A stretch of DNA of 32,000 nucleotides from Schaalia odontolytica (GTDB taxonomy: Bacteria; Actinomycetota; Actinomycetes; Actinomycetales; Actinomycetaceae): assembly GCF_005696695.1 (NCBI RefSeq), contig NZ_CP040006.1, positions 1,230,001 to 1,262,000 of the forward strand. The letters are read 5' to 3'. Each line of letters starts with the position of its first letter. Within the stretch, counting starts at the first letter, position 1. Made by a program: the position numbers and the translations under genes. The notes under the pieces are model-generated. The model saw only the letters and a program-made list of their open reading frames with translations, did no database searches and had not been told where the DNA came from. Below, piece after piece: positions 18,676 to 26,842 of the stretch.

Positions 18676-20687
18676 GGTGTGTCCTCCCTCGACGATGTCG
18701 CTAGCCTATCGCGGATCGTGCGTGCAAGGCCGAGTCCCACGCCCTTGACCTCGGCGATCTGCTCAGGCGTGGCCTCTCGAATCCGCTTGACGGAGCCGAA
18801 ATGCTTGAGCAGCGCGGCCTGGCGTGCGGGTCCAAGCCCTGGGATGGAATCGAGAACAGAGCGGCGCTGCGCCTTCGACCGGCGCTTGCGGTGCTTCGTG
18901 ATCGCGAAGCGGTGGGACTCGTCGCGCAAATACTGCAGGAGGTAGAGAGCCTCCGACGTGCGTGGGAGGATCAGCGGGAAGTCGTCACCGGGGATCCACA
19001 CCTCTTCGAGGCGCTTGGCCAGACCCACGACGGGCACGTCAGCGCCCACCGCGTCCAGTGCGGCTCGGGCAGCGTTCACCTGGGGCAGGCCACCGTCCAC
19101 GACGACCAGGTCGGGACGATAGGAGAATCGCTTCGGGCGTCCCGTCATGGCGTCGATCGGGCCGGAAGCGTAGGCGACGCCGTCCTCGTCCTCACCGTCG
19201 ACGCCGGCCTCCTCGGCGAGCAGCCGCGAGAAGCGGCGCGTGAGAACCTCGTTCATCGCACTCGTGTCGTCGGGAGTCCCGTTTCCATCCTCACCGCGGA
19301 TGTTGTAGGTGCGGTAGGCGTCCTTGCGCGGCATACCGTCCTCGAAGACCACCATCGAAGCGACCTGGTTCTCACCACCAGTGTGCGAGACGTCGTAGCA
19401 CTCGATGCGCAGGGGTGCACCCGGCAGATCGAGGTTCTCGGCAAGCTGCTCGAGCGCCTTCGAGCGCGCCGTAATATCGCCCGCGCGCTTCGTGCGGTGC
19501 AGGGCGAGGGCCTGGCGGGCGTTCTCCGTGACCGTGTCCATGATCTGGGCCTTCGGGCCGCGCTTCGGCACGTGCACCGACACGGACGCGCCCCGAATCT
19601 CGGCAAGCCAGCGCGCAATGGTCTCCTTCTCCTCGGGCTCGACGGAGACAAGCACCTCGCGCGGGATCGCCGAGGTCGGCGTGTGCGCGACATCGTCCAC
19701 GCTCACCGCCGCCACCTTGGCCGTCTTCCCGGCCCCGGCCTCGTCCGTCGACGCCGACGAGTACACCTGCTCGAGGAGGCGAGCCATGAGCGCCGCGTCG
19801 TCTGCGCCGTCCACGCGCTCAATCACCCAGCCGCGCGTGCCTCGGATGCGCCCACCGCGCACGTGGAAGACGTGCACCGCAGCGTCCAAGTCGTCGCTCA
19901 CCAGTGAGAACACGTCCGCGTCCGACCCGTCGTCGAGCACAACCGCGTTGCGCTCCAGCACCGTGCGCAGCGCCTTGACGTCATCGCGCAGCTTCGCCGC
20001 ACGCTCGAAGTTCAGCTCCATGGAGGCCTGGCGCATCTGCTCCTCCAGGTCGCGGATCACCGGGCCCGTGCGCCCCTCCATGAACTGGCACAGCCCGTCG
20101 GCGAGCTCGCGGTGCTCCTCCATCGAGATACGACCCACGCACGGGGCCGCACACTTGTCGATATAGCCGAGCAAACACGGACGCCCCTGCGCCTTCGCGC
20201 GCTGAAACACGCCCGCCGAACACGAGCGCATCGGGAAGACACGCAGCAGCTGATCGATCGTCTCGCGAATCGCCCACACCTGCGTGTACGGGCCGAAGTA
20301 GCGCGACCCCGCCCGTTTGCGCTCCCGCGTCACCTGCACGCGCGGGAAACGCTCCCCCATCGACACCGCCAGGTAGGGGTAGGACTTGTCGTCCTTAAAC
20401 ATCACGTTGAAACGCGGATTGAATTCCTTAATCCACGTGAACTCCAGCGTCAGGGCCTCGACCTCGGAGCGCACGACGGTCCACTGCACGGCGCTCGCGG
20501 TCGTCACCATCTGCTGGGTGCGCGGGTGCAGGTTCGCGAGGTCCTGGAAGTAGTTGGTGAGGCGATTGCGCAGGTTTTTGGCCTTGCCGACGTAGATGAC
20601 GCGGCCCTGCGGGTCTGAGAATCGGTAGACGCCCGGCGAGGTCGGGATGTCTCCCGTGCGGGGTCGGTACGTCGAAGGATCTGCCAC
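18672..20687 (-). CDS. uvrC: Excinuclease ABC subunit C
   Basis: It has a GIY-YIG domain (GVYRFSDPQGRVIYVGKAKNLRNRLTNYF), a UVR domain, and a C-terminal HhH (IPGLGPARQAALLKHFGS). GTG 20687 gives the N-terminus (M)ADPSTYRP, which parallels mycobacterial MPDPATYRP. The rest of the 1212-aa track ORF is the open antisense frame of glnA. Confidence 0.9.
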   Translation of the reverse strand: MADPSTYRPRTGDIPTSPGVYRFSDPQGRVIYVGKAKNLRNRLTNYFQDLANLHPRTQQMVTTASAVQWTVVRSEVEALTLEFTWIKEFNPRFNVMFKDDKSYPYLAVSMGERFPRVQVTRERKRAGSRYFGPYTQVWAIRETIDQLLRVFPMRSCSAGVFQRAKAQGRPCLLGYIDKCAAPCVGRISMEEHRELADGLCQFMEGRTGPVIRDLEEQMRQASMELNFERAAKLRDDVKALRTVLERNAVVLDDGSDADVFSLVSDDLDAAVHVFHVRGGRIRGTRGWVIERVDGADDAALMARLLEQVYSSASTDEAGAGKTAKVAAVSVDDVAHTPTSAIPREVLVSVEPEEKETIARWLAEIRGASVSVHVPKRGPKAQIMDTVTENARQALALHRTKRAGDITARSKALEQLAENLDLPGAPLRIECYDVSHTGGENQVASMVVFEDGMPRKDAYRTYNIRGEDGNGTPDDTSAMNEVLTRRFSRLLAEEAGVDGEDEDGVAYASGPIDAMTGRPKRFSYRPDLVVVDGGLPQVNAARAALDAVGADVPVVGLAKRLEEVWIPGDDFPLILPRTSEALYLLQYLRDESHRFAITKHRKRRSKAQRRSVLDSIPGLGPARQAALLKHFGSVKRIREATPEQIAEVKGVGLGLARTIRDRLATSSREDTP

Positions 20688-20750
20688 GCTCCCAGGGTAC
20701 GAGGCCGGGGCTGGGAGTGCCCGGCGCCCACCTCGGGCGTGCTGTATGTC

Positions 20751-20807
20751 ATGAAACATTTGAATAATGAAACCAATACGCGCAGCCGCCACCTGTGGGC
20801 ATATACT
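20751..20807 (+). promoter_or_regulatory. Candidate activator-dependent glnA promoter (direct repeat plus TATACT -10)
   Basis: ATGAAAC occurs at 20751-20757 and again at 20767-20773, with a 9-nt spacer. A TATACT -10 lies at 20802-20807 with no recognisable -35 (CGCGCA at the 17-nt position). The whole region is an AT-rich island. Confidence 0.3.
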
Positions 20808-20873
20808 GGACTTGGTTGCGAATTGACCGATTCTTGACCTTTGAGTACAGCTCTCCCACAAAGAAGGACGTTC

Positions 20874-22298
20874 ATGTTCACCTCCACCCAAGAGGTCGCA
20901 GACTTTATCTCCGAGCAGAACATTGAACTCGTCGACGTGCGCTTCTGCGACGTCCCCGGGGTTCAGCAGCACTTTACGATCCCCGTGAGCGAGTTCCTGG
21001 ACGCCGCTTTGTCGGACGGCCTGATGTTCGACGGCTCCTCGGTGCGAGGATTCACCGCCATCCACGAGTCCGACATGAAGCTCATCCCGGACATCTCCTC
21101 CGCGTTCGTCGATCCGTTCCGCGATCGCAAGACCCTGGTCGTGAACTTCTCGATCGTCGACCCCTTCACCGACGAGCCCTTCTCGCGCGACCCGCGCCAG
21201 GTGGCCGCCAAGGCCGAGGCCTACCTGCGTTCGACCGGCATCGCAGACGAGTGCTTCATCGGCGCCGAGGCGGAGTTCTACCTCTTCGACGACGTGCGCT
21301 ACCAGGTCACCCCGCACAACACCTTCTTCTCCGTCGACTCCCCCGAGGCGTACTGGAACACCGGTCGCGCCGAAGAGGGCGGCAACATGGGCTACAAGGT
21401 GCCCATCAAGGGCGGCTACTTCCCCGTCTCCCCCGCCGACAAGTACGCGGACGTGCGCGACGAGATGAGCCGCCTTCTCGAAGAGGTTGGCCTGACGATC
21501 GAGCGCGCCCACCACGAGGTCGGCTCGGGTGGCCAGCAGGAGATCAACTACCGCTTCGCGACGCTGCAGACCGCGGCCGACGACATGATGAAGTTCAAGT
21601 ACGTCATCAAGAACTCCGCCCTCGAGTTCGGTCATTCCGCAACCTTCATGCCTAAGCCCCTGTTCGGCGACAACGGCTCGGGCATGCACACGCACATCTC
21701 GCTGTGGAAGAACGGCGAGCCCCTGTTCTACGACGAGCGCGGCTACGGCTCCCTGTCCGACACGGCCCGCTGGTTCATCGGCGGCCTGCTCGAGCACGCG
21801 CCCGCGCTCCTCGCCTTCACGAACCCGTCGGTGAACTCCTTCCGACGCCTGGTTCCCGGTTTCGAGGCTCCGATCAACCTCGTGTACTCGGCGCGCAACC
21901 GCTCCGCATGCATCCGCATCCCCGTGACGGGCACGTCGCCCAAGGCCAAGCGCGTGGAGTACCGCGTGCCGGACCCGAGCGCCAACCCCTACCTGGCGTT
22001 CTCCGCGTGCCTCATGGCGGGCATCGACGGCATCAAGCGCCGCATCGAACCGGCAGCCCCCATCGACAAGGACCTCTACGAGCTGCCCCCGGCCGAGTAC
22101 CAGGACATCGCGAAGCTGCCCGGCTCCCTTGAGGCCGCCCTCGACGCACTGCGCGAGGACCACGAGTTCCTCACCGAGGGCGACGTCTTCACGCAGGACC
22201 TCATCGACACGTGGCTCGAATACAAGGAGACCAACGAGGTCGCCCCGATGCGCGCCTACCCGCATCCTTTCGAATATCAGCTCTACTACGATCTGTGA
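20874..22298 (+). CDS. glnA: Glutamine synthetase type I (GSI-beta)
   Basis: ATG 20874 follows a GAAGGA SD. Signatures include FDGSSVRGF, the ATP-site [16 protein letters not shown], and NPYLAFSA. The adenylylation-loop Tyr lies in [11 protein letters not shown] (codon 22077-22079). Confidence 0.95.
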   Translation: MFTSTQEVADFISEQNIELVDVRFCDVPGVQQHFTIPVSEFLDAALSDGLMFDGSSVRGFTAIHESDMKLIPDISSAFVDPFRDRKTLVVNFSIVDPFTDEPFSRDPRQVAAKAEAYLRSTGIADECFIGAEAEFYLFDDVRYQVTPHNTFFSVDSPEAYWNTGRAEEGGNMGYKVPIKGGYFPVSPADKYADVRDEMSRLLEEVGLTIERAHHEVGSGGQQEINYRFATLQTAADDMMKFKYVIKNSALEFGHSATFMPKPLFGDNGSGMHTHISLWKNGEPLFYDERGYGSLSDTARWFIGGLLEHAPALLAFTNPSVNSFRRLVPGFEAPINLVYSARNRSACIRIPVTGTSPKAKRVEYRVPDPSANPYLAFSACLMAGIDGIKRRIEPAAPIDKDLYELPPAEYQDIAKLPGSLEAALDALREDHEFLTEGDVFTQDLIDTWLEYKETNEVAPMRAYPHPFEYQLYYDL

Positions 22299-22313
22299 TC
22301 TAATCGTCACTCA

Positions 22314-22347
22314 GCGGCCCCCACCCCGATTAAGGGGCGGGGGCCGC
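22314..22347 (+). terminator. Stem-loop terminator after glnA
   Basis: A 14-bp GC-rich stem (22314-22327 pairing with 22334-22347) has one A-C mismatch. The loop is GATTAA. Confidence 0.5.
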
Positions 22348-22413
22348 GCCACAACCAGTAGACTCACATCGAACCTGTTGTTCAGTCTTTGAACCGACAT
22401 CCCGGAGGACACG

Positions 22414-24279
22414 ATGAAGCGCATGCGTGATGGCTCGTACACGATTAAGCCGACGTACAAGGTCGGCGAGCACGACATCGTTCCGGACATGCTGGCCAAG
22501 CGCGCGCTCCTGCACCCCGACCAGGTGGCGGTCGAGCAGCGCACTTCCGTCGGCTCCACGCGTTCTCTCACCACGTCTGAGCTCCAGCGCCAGGTCGAGT
22601 ACACCGCCTGCGGCCTCATCGGCCTCGGCGTACAGGCGGGCGACGCGGTCGCGATCCTGGCCCCGACCTCGTACGAGTGGCTCCTCCTCGACCTCGCGCT
22701 CCTGTCCATCGGCGCTATCACCGTCCCGATTTACGAGTCCGACTCCGCCGCCCAGATCGAGCACATCCTCACCGACGCGCACGTGACCCGCGTCTTCACG
22801 GCCACCACCCAGCAGGCCGAACTCGTGCACTCCGTGGCTCCCGAGTACACCGTGGCGGTCGACTCCTTCGACCGCGGTGCCCAGCGCATGATCGCGCGCG
22901 CCGCCACCGGTATCACCATCGAAAATGTCGAGCAGCGCCGCGCAGCCATCTCCTCCTCTGACATCGCCACCATCATCTACACCTCCGGAACGACCGGAAA
23001 CCCCAAGGGCGTGGCCCTCACGCACGCGAACTTCGTGGCTACCGCGGAGGGCGCCCGCCAGGTCCTCGGCGACGTCATCGACTCCCCCGAAACCCGCCTG
23101 CTCCTCTTCCTGCCCGTCGCCCACGTGCTCGCTCGCCTCGTCATGCACGTGATCCTCTCGGGCCAGGGAGTCCTCGGCTTCTCCCCCAGCATCAAGAACC
23201 TGCTGCCGGACATTCAGGCCTTCAAGCCCTCCGTGCTCCTGGTCGTCCCCCGCGTGCTCGAGAAGGTCTACAACGCGGCCTCCTCCAAGGCGGGCGGTGG
23301 AATCAAGGGCCGCATGTTCGCGTGGAGCGCCAAGCAGGCGCGCACGTTCTCCGTGGCCTCTGAGAAGACCTTCGGCCCCGGCCTGTTCAAGAAGATGCGC
23401 CACGGCATCGCCGACGCGCTCGTCCTCAAGAAGATCCGCTCGGTTCTGGGCCCCAACCTGCGCTACATCGTCTCCGGCGGCGCTCCCCTGGCCACCGACC
23501 TCGCCCACTTCTACGCCGGCATGGGCATCACCCTCATCCAGGGCTACGGCCTGTCCGAGACCACCGGCCCGATCTCCGTCCAGCACATCGGCAAGAACCC
23601 CGTCGGCGGCGTCGGACTGCCCCTGCCCGGCAACTTCATCAAGATCGCCAAGGACGGCGAGATCCTCGTGCGCGGCCAGTCCGTCATGCCCGGCTACTAC
23701 CACCTGCCCGAGCAGACCGCCGAGGTCATGCCCGACGGCAAGTGGTTCCACACCGGCGACCTGGGCTCGATCGACCGCAAGGGCCAGCTGACCATTACGG
23801 GCCGCAAGAAGGAACTCATCGTCACCGCGGGCGGAAAGAACGTGTCCCCCGAGGTCCTCGAGGACTCCCTGGCCACGCACCCGCTCATCGCGAACGTCAT
23901 CGTCGTCGGCGATCAGCGCCCCTACGTCGGCGCGCTGTTCACCCTCGACGCCGACATGCTGCCCGACTGGCTGGCCAAGCACGGCCTGCCGCAGTGCTCG
24001 CCCACCGAGGCCGCCGAGCTGCCCGCCGTGCGTGAGTCCCTCGAGAAGGCCGTCGAACGCGCCAACAAGGCCGTCTCCCGCGCCGAGTCGATCCGCAAGT
24101 TCCGCATCATCGACGCCACCTTCACCGTCGAGAACGGCTACGTGACGCCGTCGATGAAGCTGCGCCGCCGCAAAGTTCTCACCGACTACGCCCACGAGGT
24201 CGACGCCCTGTACGGCGGCCCTGTCTCCGCCGAACCGGCGAAGAAGCGCGGGCTTTTCGGCCGCAGCAAGAAGAACTGA
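22414..24279 (+). CDS. AMP-dependent long-chain fatty-acid-CoA ligase (FadD15-like), copy 1
   Basis: It has the adenylate-forming motifs IYTSGTTGNPKG, GYGLSETTG, WFHTGDLG and GRKKELIVTAGGKNVSP. A GGAGGA SD precedes the start. Confidence 0.85.
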   Translation: MKRMRDGSYTIKPTYKVGEHDIVPDMLAKRALLHPDQVAVEQRTSVGSTRSLTTSELQRQVEYTACGLIGLGVQAGDAVAILAPTSYEWLLLDLALLSIGAITVPIYESDSAAQIEHILTDAHVTRVFTATTQQAELVHSVAPEYTVAVDSFDRGAQRMIARAATGITIENVEQRRAAISSSDIATIIYTSGTTGNPKGVALTHANFVATAEGARQVLGDVIDSPETRLLLFLPVAHVLARLVMHVILSGQGVLGFSPSIKNLLPDIQAFKPSVLLVVPRVLEKVYNAASSKAGGGIKGRMFAWSAKQARTFSVASEKTFGPGLFKKMRHGIADALVLKKIRSVLGPNLRYIVSGGAPLATDLAHFYAGMGITLIQGYGLSETTGPISVQHIGKNPVGGVGLPLPGNFIKIAKDGEILVRGQSVMPGYYHLPEQTAEVMPDGKWFHTGDLGSIDRKGQLTITGRKKELIVTAGGKNVSPEVLEDSLATHPLIANVIVVGDQRPYVGALFTLDADMLPDWLAKHGLPQCSPTEAAELPAVRESLEKAVERANKAVSRAESIRKFRIIDATFTVENGYVTPSMKLRRRKVLTDYAHEVDALYGGPVSAEPAKKRGLFGRSKKN

Positions 24280-24325
24280 TCCCACCACGCACGGCGCACA
24301 GCGCCCACCCCACGAAAGGACCGCA

Positions 24326-26242
24326 ATGACGGTACGCAGGCTCGCCGACGGCTCATGGGAGTCGATCGCGACCCGAGAAGCCACCGAGGACATGAACCTG
24401 CCGAAGATGCTCCACCAGCGCGTGGCATCTCACCCCGGGCAGATCGCGATCGAGCGCCGCTCCAACGTCGGCGCGTGGCGCCCGGTCACGATGGAGACCT
24501 TCCTCGGCGAGGCCGACTCGATTGCGCGTGGCCTCATCGGCATCGGGCTCGAGCCCGGCGACCACCTGGCGATCCTGGCCCCCACCTCCTACGAGTGGGC
24601 ACTCATCGACGTGGCCGCGCTGTCCTGCGGTGCCATCACCGTGCCCATCTACGAGACGGACTCCGCCTCGCAGATCGCGCACATCCTGGCCGACGCCGAC
24701 GTGCGCATCGTCATCACAGCCACCACGCAGCAGGCCGAGCTGGTTGAGTCCGTGCGTACCGAGGGCGTGCGCCATATCCTCTCCTTGGACCGCGGCGCCG
24801 AGCGCGTCCTGACCGGCGCCGCACAGGGCGTCACGGTCGAACAGGTGCGAGAGCGCACCGACGCTGTCAGGCTGAGCGACGAGGCAACGGTCATCTACAC
24901 CTCCGGCACAACCGGCATGCCCAAGGGCGTCGTGCTCACGCACTGCAATTTCATCTCGCCGATGCTGCAGGCCTACGACTTCCTGCCTCTCCTCATCAAC
25001 GACCCGAAGTCGCGTTCCCTACTCTTCCTGCCGGTCGCCCACGTGCTCGCGCGTTTCGTCATGTACTGCCTGCTCGCAGGCCAGGGTGTCACCGCGTTCT
25101 CCCCCGACACGCGCAACCTGGTCAACGACATCGCGACCTTCAAGCCGACGATGCTCCTCGTTGTCCCGCGCGTCATGGAAAAGGTCTACAACGCCGCCGC
25201 CGCTAAGGCCGGCGGCGGCATGAAGGGCCGTCTGTTCTCCTGGGCCGCCAACCAGGCGCGCGCCCTGTCCAAGGCGACCGCCTACATCGACTCTCCCCTG
25301 CCCGAGTCCGCCGTCGCGGGTCCCGGCCCGGACACGACGCCCATTCCCGACGCCTCGGCGATGCCCTCCCCCGGCCCGTCGACCGCGCTCAAGCTGCGCG
25401 GCCGCGTCGCCGACGCGCTGGTCCTGTCGAAGGTCCGCGCGATCCTGGGCCCCAACCTGCACACGATCATCTCGGGCGGTGCTCCCCTGGCCCTCGACCT
25501 GGCGAACTTCTATCGCGGCCTGGGCATCACGCTGCTGCAGGGCTACGGCCTGTCCGAGACGACCGGCCCGATCTCCGTGGAGACGCCCCAGGACTTCCCA
25601 CCGGACTCGGTGGGCTTCCCCTGGCCGGGCAACCGCATGAAGATCGCTCCCGACGGCGAGCTGCTCGTCCAGGGTATCTCCGTGTCGAAGGGCTACCACA
25701 ACCTGCCCGAGGCCACGGCTGAGGCCTACGTCGACGGCTGGTTTAAGACCGGCGACCTCGCCTCCATCGACGATCGCGGCCACCTACGGATCACGGGCCG
25801 CAAGAAGGAACTCATCGTCACCGCGGGCGGCAAGAACGTCTCCCCTGAGATCCTCGAAGAGTCCCTGTCGACGCACCCACTCATTGCGAACATCATCGTG
25901 GTTGGCGACAACCGGCCGTACATCGGCGCTCTCATCGCTCTGGACACGGAGATGCTGCCCGAGTGGCTCGCGGCCCACGGCCTGCCCGTCGTGGACGCGG
26001 CGCAGGCCGCGAACCTTCCCGAGGTGCGCGACTCGCTCGAGAAGGCGATCGCCCGCGCCAACAAGGCGGTCTCTCGCGCCGAGTCGATCCGCCGCTACCG
26101 CATCGTCAATGCTGCCTTCACCGTGGAGAATGGTTACATGACGCCCTCCCTCAAGCTCAAGCGCCGCCGCGTCCTGGCCGACTACGCCGACGAGGTCGAC
26201 GCCCTGTACGCGTCTGGCGAGGCGGAGAAGAACCAGGAGTAA
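24326..26242 (+). CDS. AMP-dependent long-chain fatty-acid-CoA ligase (FadD15-like), copy 2
   Basis: It carries the same motif set (IYTSGTTGMPKG, GYGLSETTG, WFKTGDLA, GRKKELIVTAGGKNVSP). It starts 46 nt after copy 1 with an AAAGGA SD. By eye it is collinear with copy 1 and about 60% identical. Confidence 0.85.
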   Translation: MTVRRLADGSWESIATREATEDMNLPKMLHQRVASHPGQIAIERRSNVGAWRPVTMETFLGEADSIARGLIGIGLEPGDHLAILAPTSYEWALIDVAALSCGAITVPIYETDSASQIAHILADADVRIVITATTQQAELVESVRTEGVRHILSLDRGAERVLTGAAQGVTVEQVRERTDAVRLSDEATVIYTSGTTGMPKGVVLTHCNFISPMLQAYDFLPLLINDPKSRSLLFLPVAHVLARFVMYCLLAGQGVTAFSPDTRNLVNDIATFKPTMLLVVPRVMEKVYNAAAAKAGGGMKGRLFSWAANQARALSKATAYIDSPLPESAVAGPGPDTTPIPDASAMPSPGPSTALKLRGRVADALVLSKVRAILGPNLHTIISGGAPLALDLANFYRGLGITLLQGYGLSETTGPISVETPQDFPPDSVGFPWPGNRMKIAPDGELLVQGISVSKGYHNLPEATAEAYVDGWFKTGDLASIDDRGHLRITGRKKELIVTAGGKNVSPEILEESLSTHPLIANIIVVGDNRPYIGALIALDTEMLPEWLAAHGLPVVDAAQAANLPEVRDSLEKAIARANKAVSRAESIRRYRIVNAAFTVENGYMTPSLKLKRRRVLADYADEVDALYASGEAEKNQE

Positions 26243-26279
26243 CCCGGCAACCTGACCGGTGATTACGCACCAACAAAGC

Positions 26280-26313
26280 GGCCCCGGCCTCGTTCATAGA
26301 CGAGGTCGGGGCC
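26280..26313. terminator. Bidirectional stem-loop between the convergent fadD copy 2 and the membrane-protein gene
   Basis: A 14-bp stem pairs GGCCCCGGCCTCGT (26280-26293) with ACGAGGTCGGGGCC (26300-26313), including one G-U pair. The loop is TCATAG. Confidence 0.55.
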
Positions 26314-26333
26314 ACTTCGTGCTTTGATGCCTC

Positions 26334-26828
26334 CTAATCCCGGCTATTGCGACCGGCGACGAATGCGCAGAAGAGAGCGAGGAGGACAGCGACGCCCGCG
26401 ACGGGCAGCGGAATCCAGTACGCCAGACGGTAGGCAAACTCCATGATGCCGGCGATCGCCATCGCGACCACCAGGAACAGGTGGAAGGCCCTCGACCACA
26501 GGAATCCGCTCGATCCACCGCTCCACAGAGACACGAGCGTCATCAGCAAGAAGACGAACGCAACCGTATAGAGCGCGCCCACCATGCCCATCAGCCACGT
26601 GTGCCGGGCCTCGGCCTGCACGAGAACGCACAAGCTCAGGTTTCCGATGCCCGCCACGAAGCCGCAGCTCAGGCCGAAGACCCGCGATCGACCGACCCCG
26701 CGTGCCATGAGCGCGGAGATCGTGAGCGTAGCTGCGACGCCCATGAGCGCAATGACGATCAGGTGGACCCATGCTGGCCAGAAGTACATGTGGCCGAAAT
26801 AGCGGTAACCAGGAAGCATAAGGCCCAT
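26334..26828 (-). CDS. Hypothetical integral membrane protein (about 5 TM helices)
   Basis: A 164-aa ORF with five hydrophobic stretches and no family motif that I recognise. The ATG lies 14 nt after the uvrA stop. The overlapping Arg-rich 142-aa frame is a shadow ORF. Confidence 0.6.
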   Translation of the reverse strand: MGLMLPGYRYFGHMYFWPAWVHLIVIALMGVAATLTISALMARGVGRSRVFGLSCGFVAGIGNLSLCVLVQAEARHTWLMGMVGALYTVAFVFLLMTLVSLWSGGSSGFLWSRAFHLFLVVAMAIAGIMEFAYRLAYWIPLPVAGVAVLLALFCAFVAGRNSRD

Positions 26829-26842
26829 CCTAACCGTTCACG

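Noticed and set aside
20759-20759. ATG 20759 considered as the uvrC start, which would put the ATGAAAC repeat in coding sequence
   Set aside because: There is no SD upstream, and the added 24 residues (MFHDIQHARGGRRALPAPASYPGS) have no UvrC counterpart. GTG 20687 aligns with the conserved xxDPxTYRP N-terminus. The choice remains a formal uncertainty.
18672-22310. A 1212-aa minus-strand ORF that looks like a giant UvrC fusion protein
   Set aside because: Only the C-terminal roughly 671 aa are UvrC, with the family N-terminus at GTG 20687. The N-terminal half is the stop-free antisense frame of glnA plus the intergenic region. It has a shadow-ORF composition rich in G, A, V, D, R, E and L, and no motif.
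22369-22385. TCGAAC-N5-GTTCAG considered as a LexA SOS box
   Set aside because: The actinobacterial LexA consensus has a 4-nt spacer (TCGAAC-N4-GTTCGA). This site has a 5-nt spacer, the right arm is imperfect, and it precedes a fatty-acid gene rather than a repair gene. I kept it only as a generic operator candidate.
22330-24393. A 687-aa minus-strand ORF, with similar long antisense ORFs at 4207-5802, 7903-8955, 13118-14281, 15659-16567, 16507-17442, 17737-18945, 24353-24943, 27029-27829 and 28466-29539
   Set aside because: All of them lie opposite confidently identified genes and lack family motifs. They show the Arg/Gly/Asp/Val-rich composition expected from antisense reading of GC3-biased codons.
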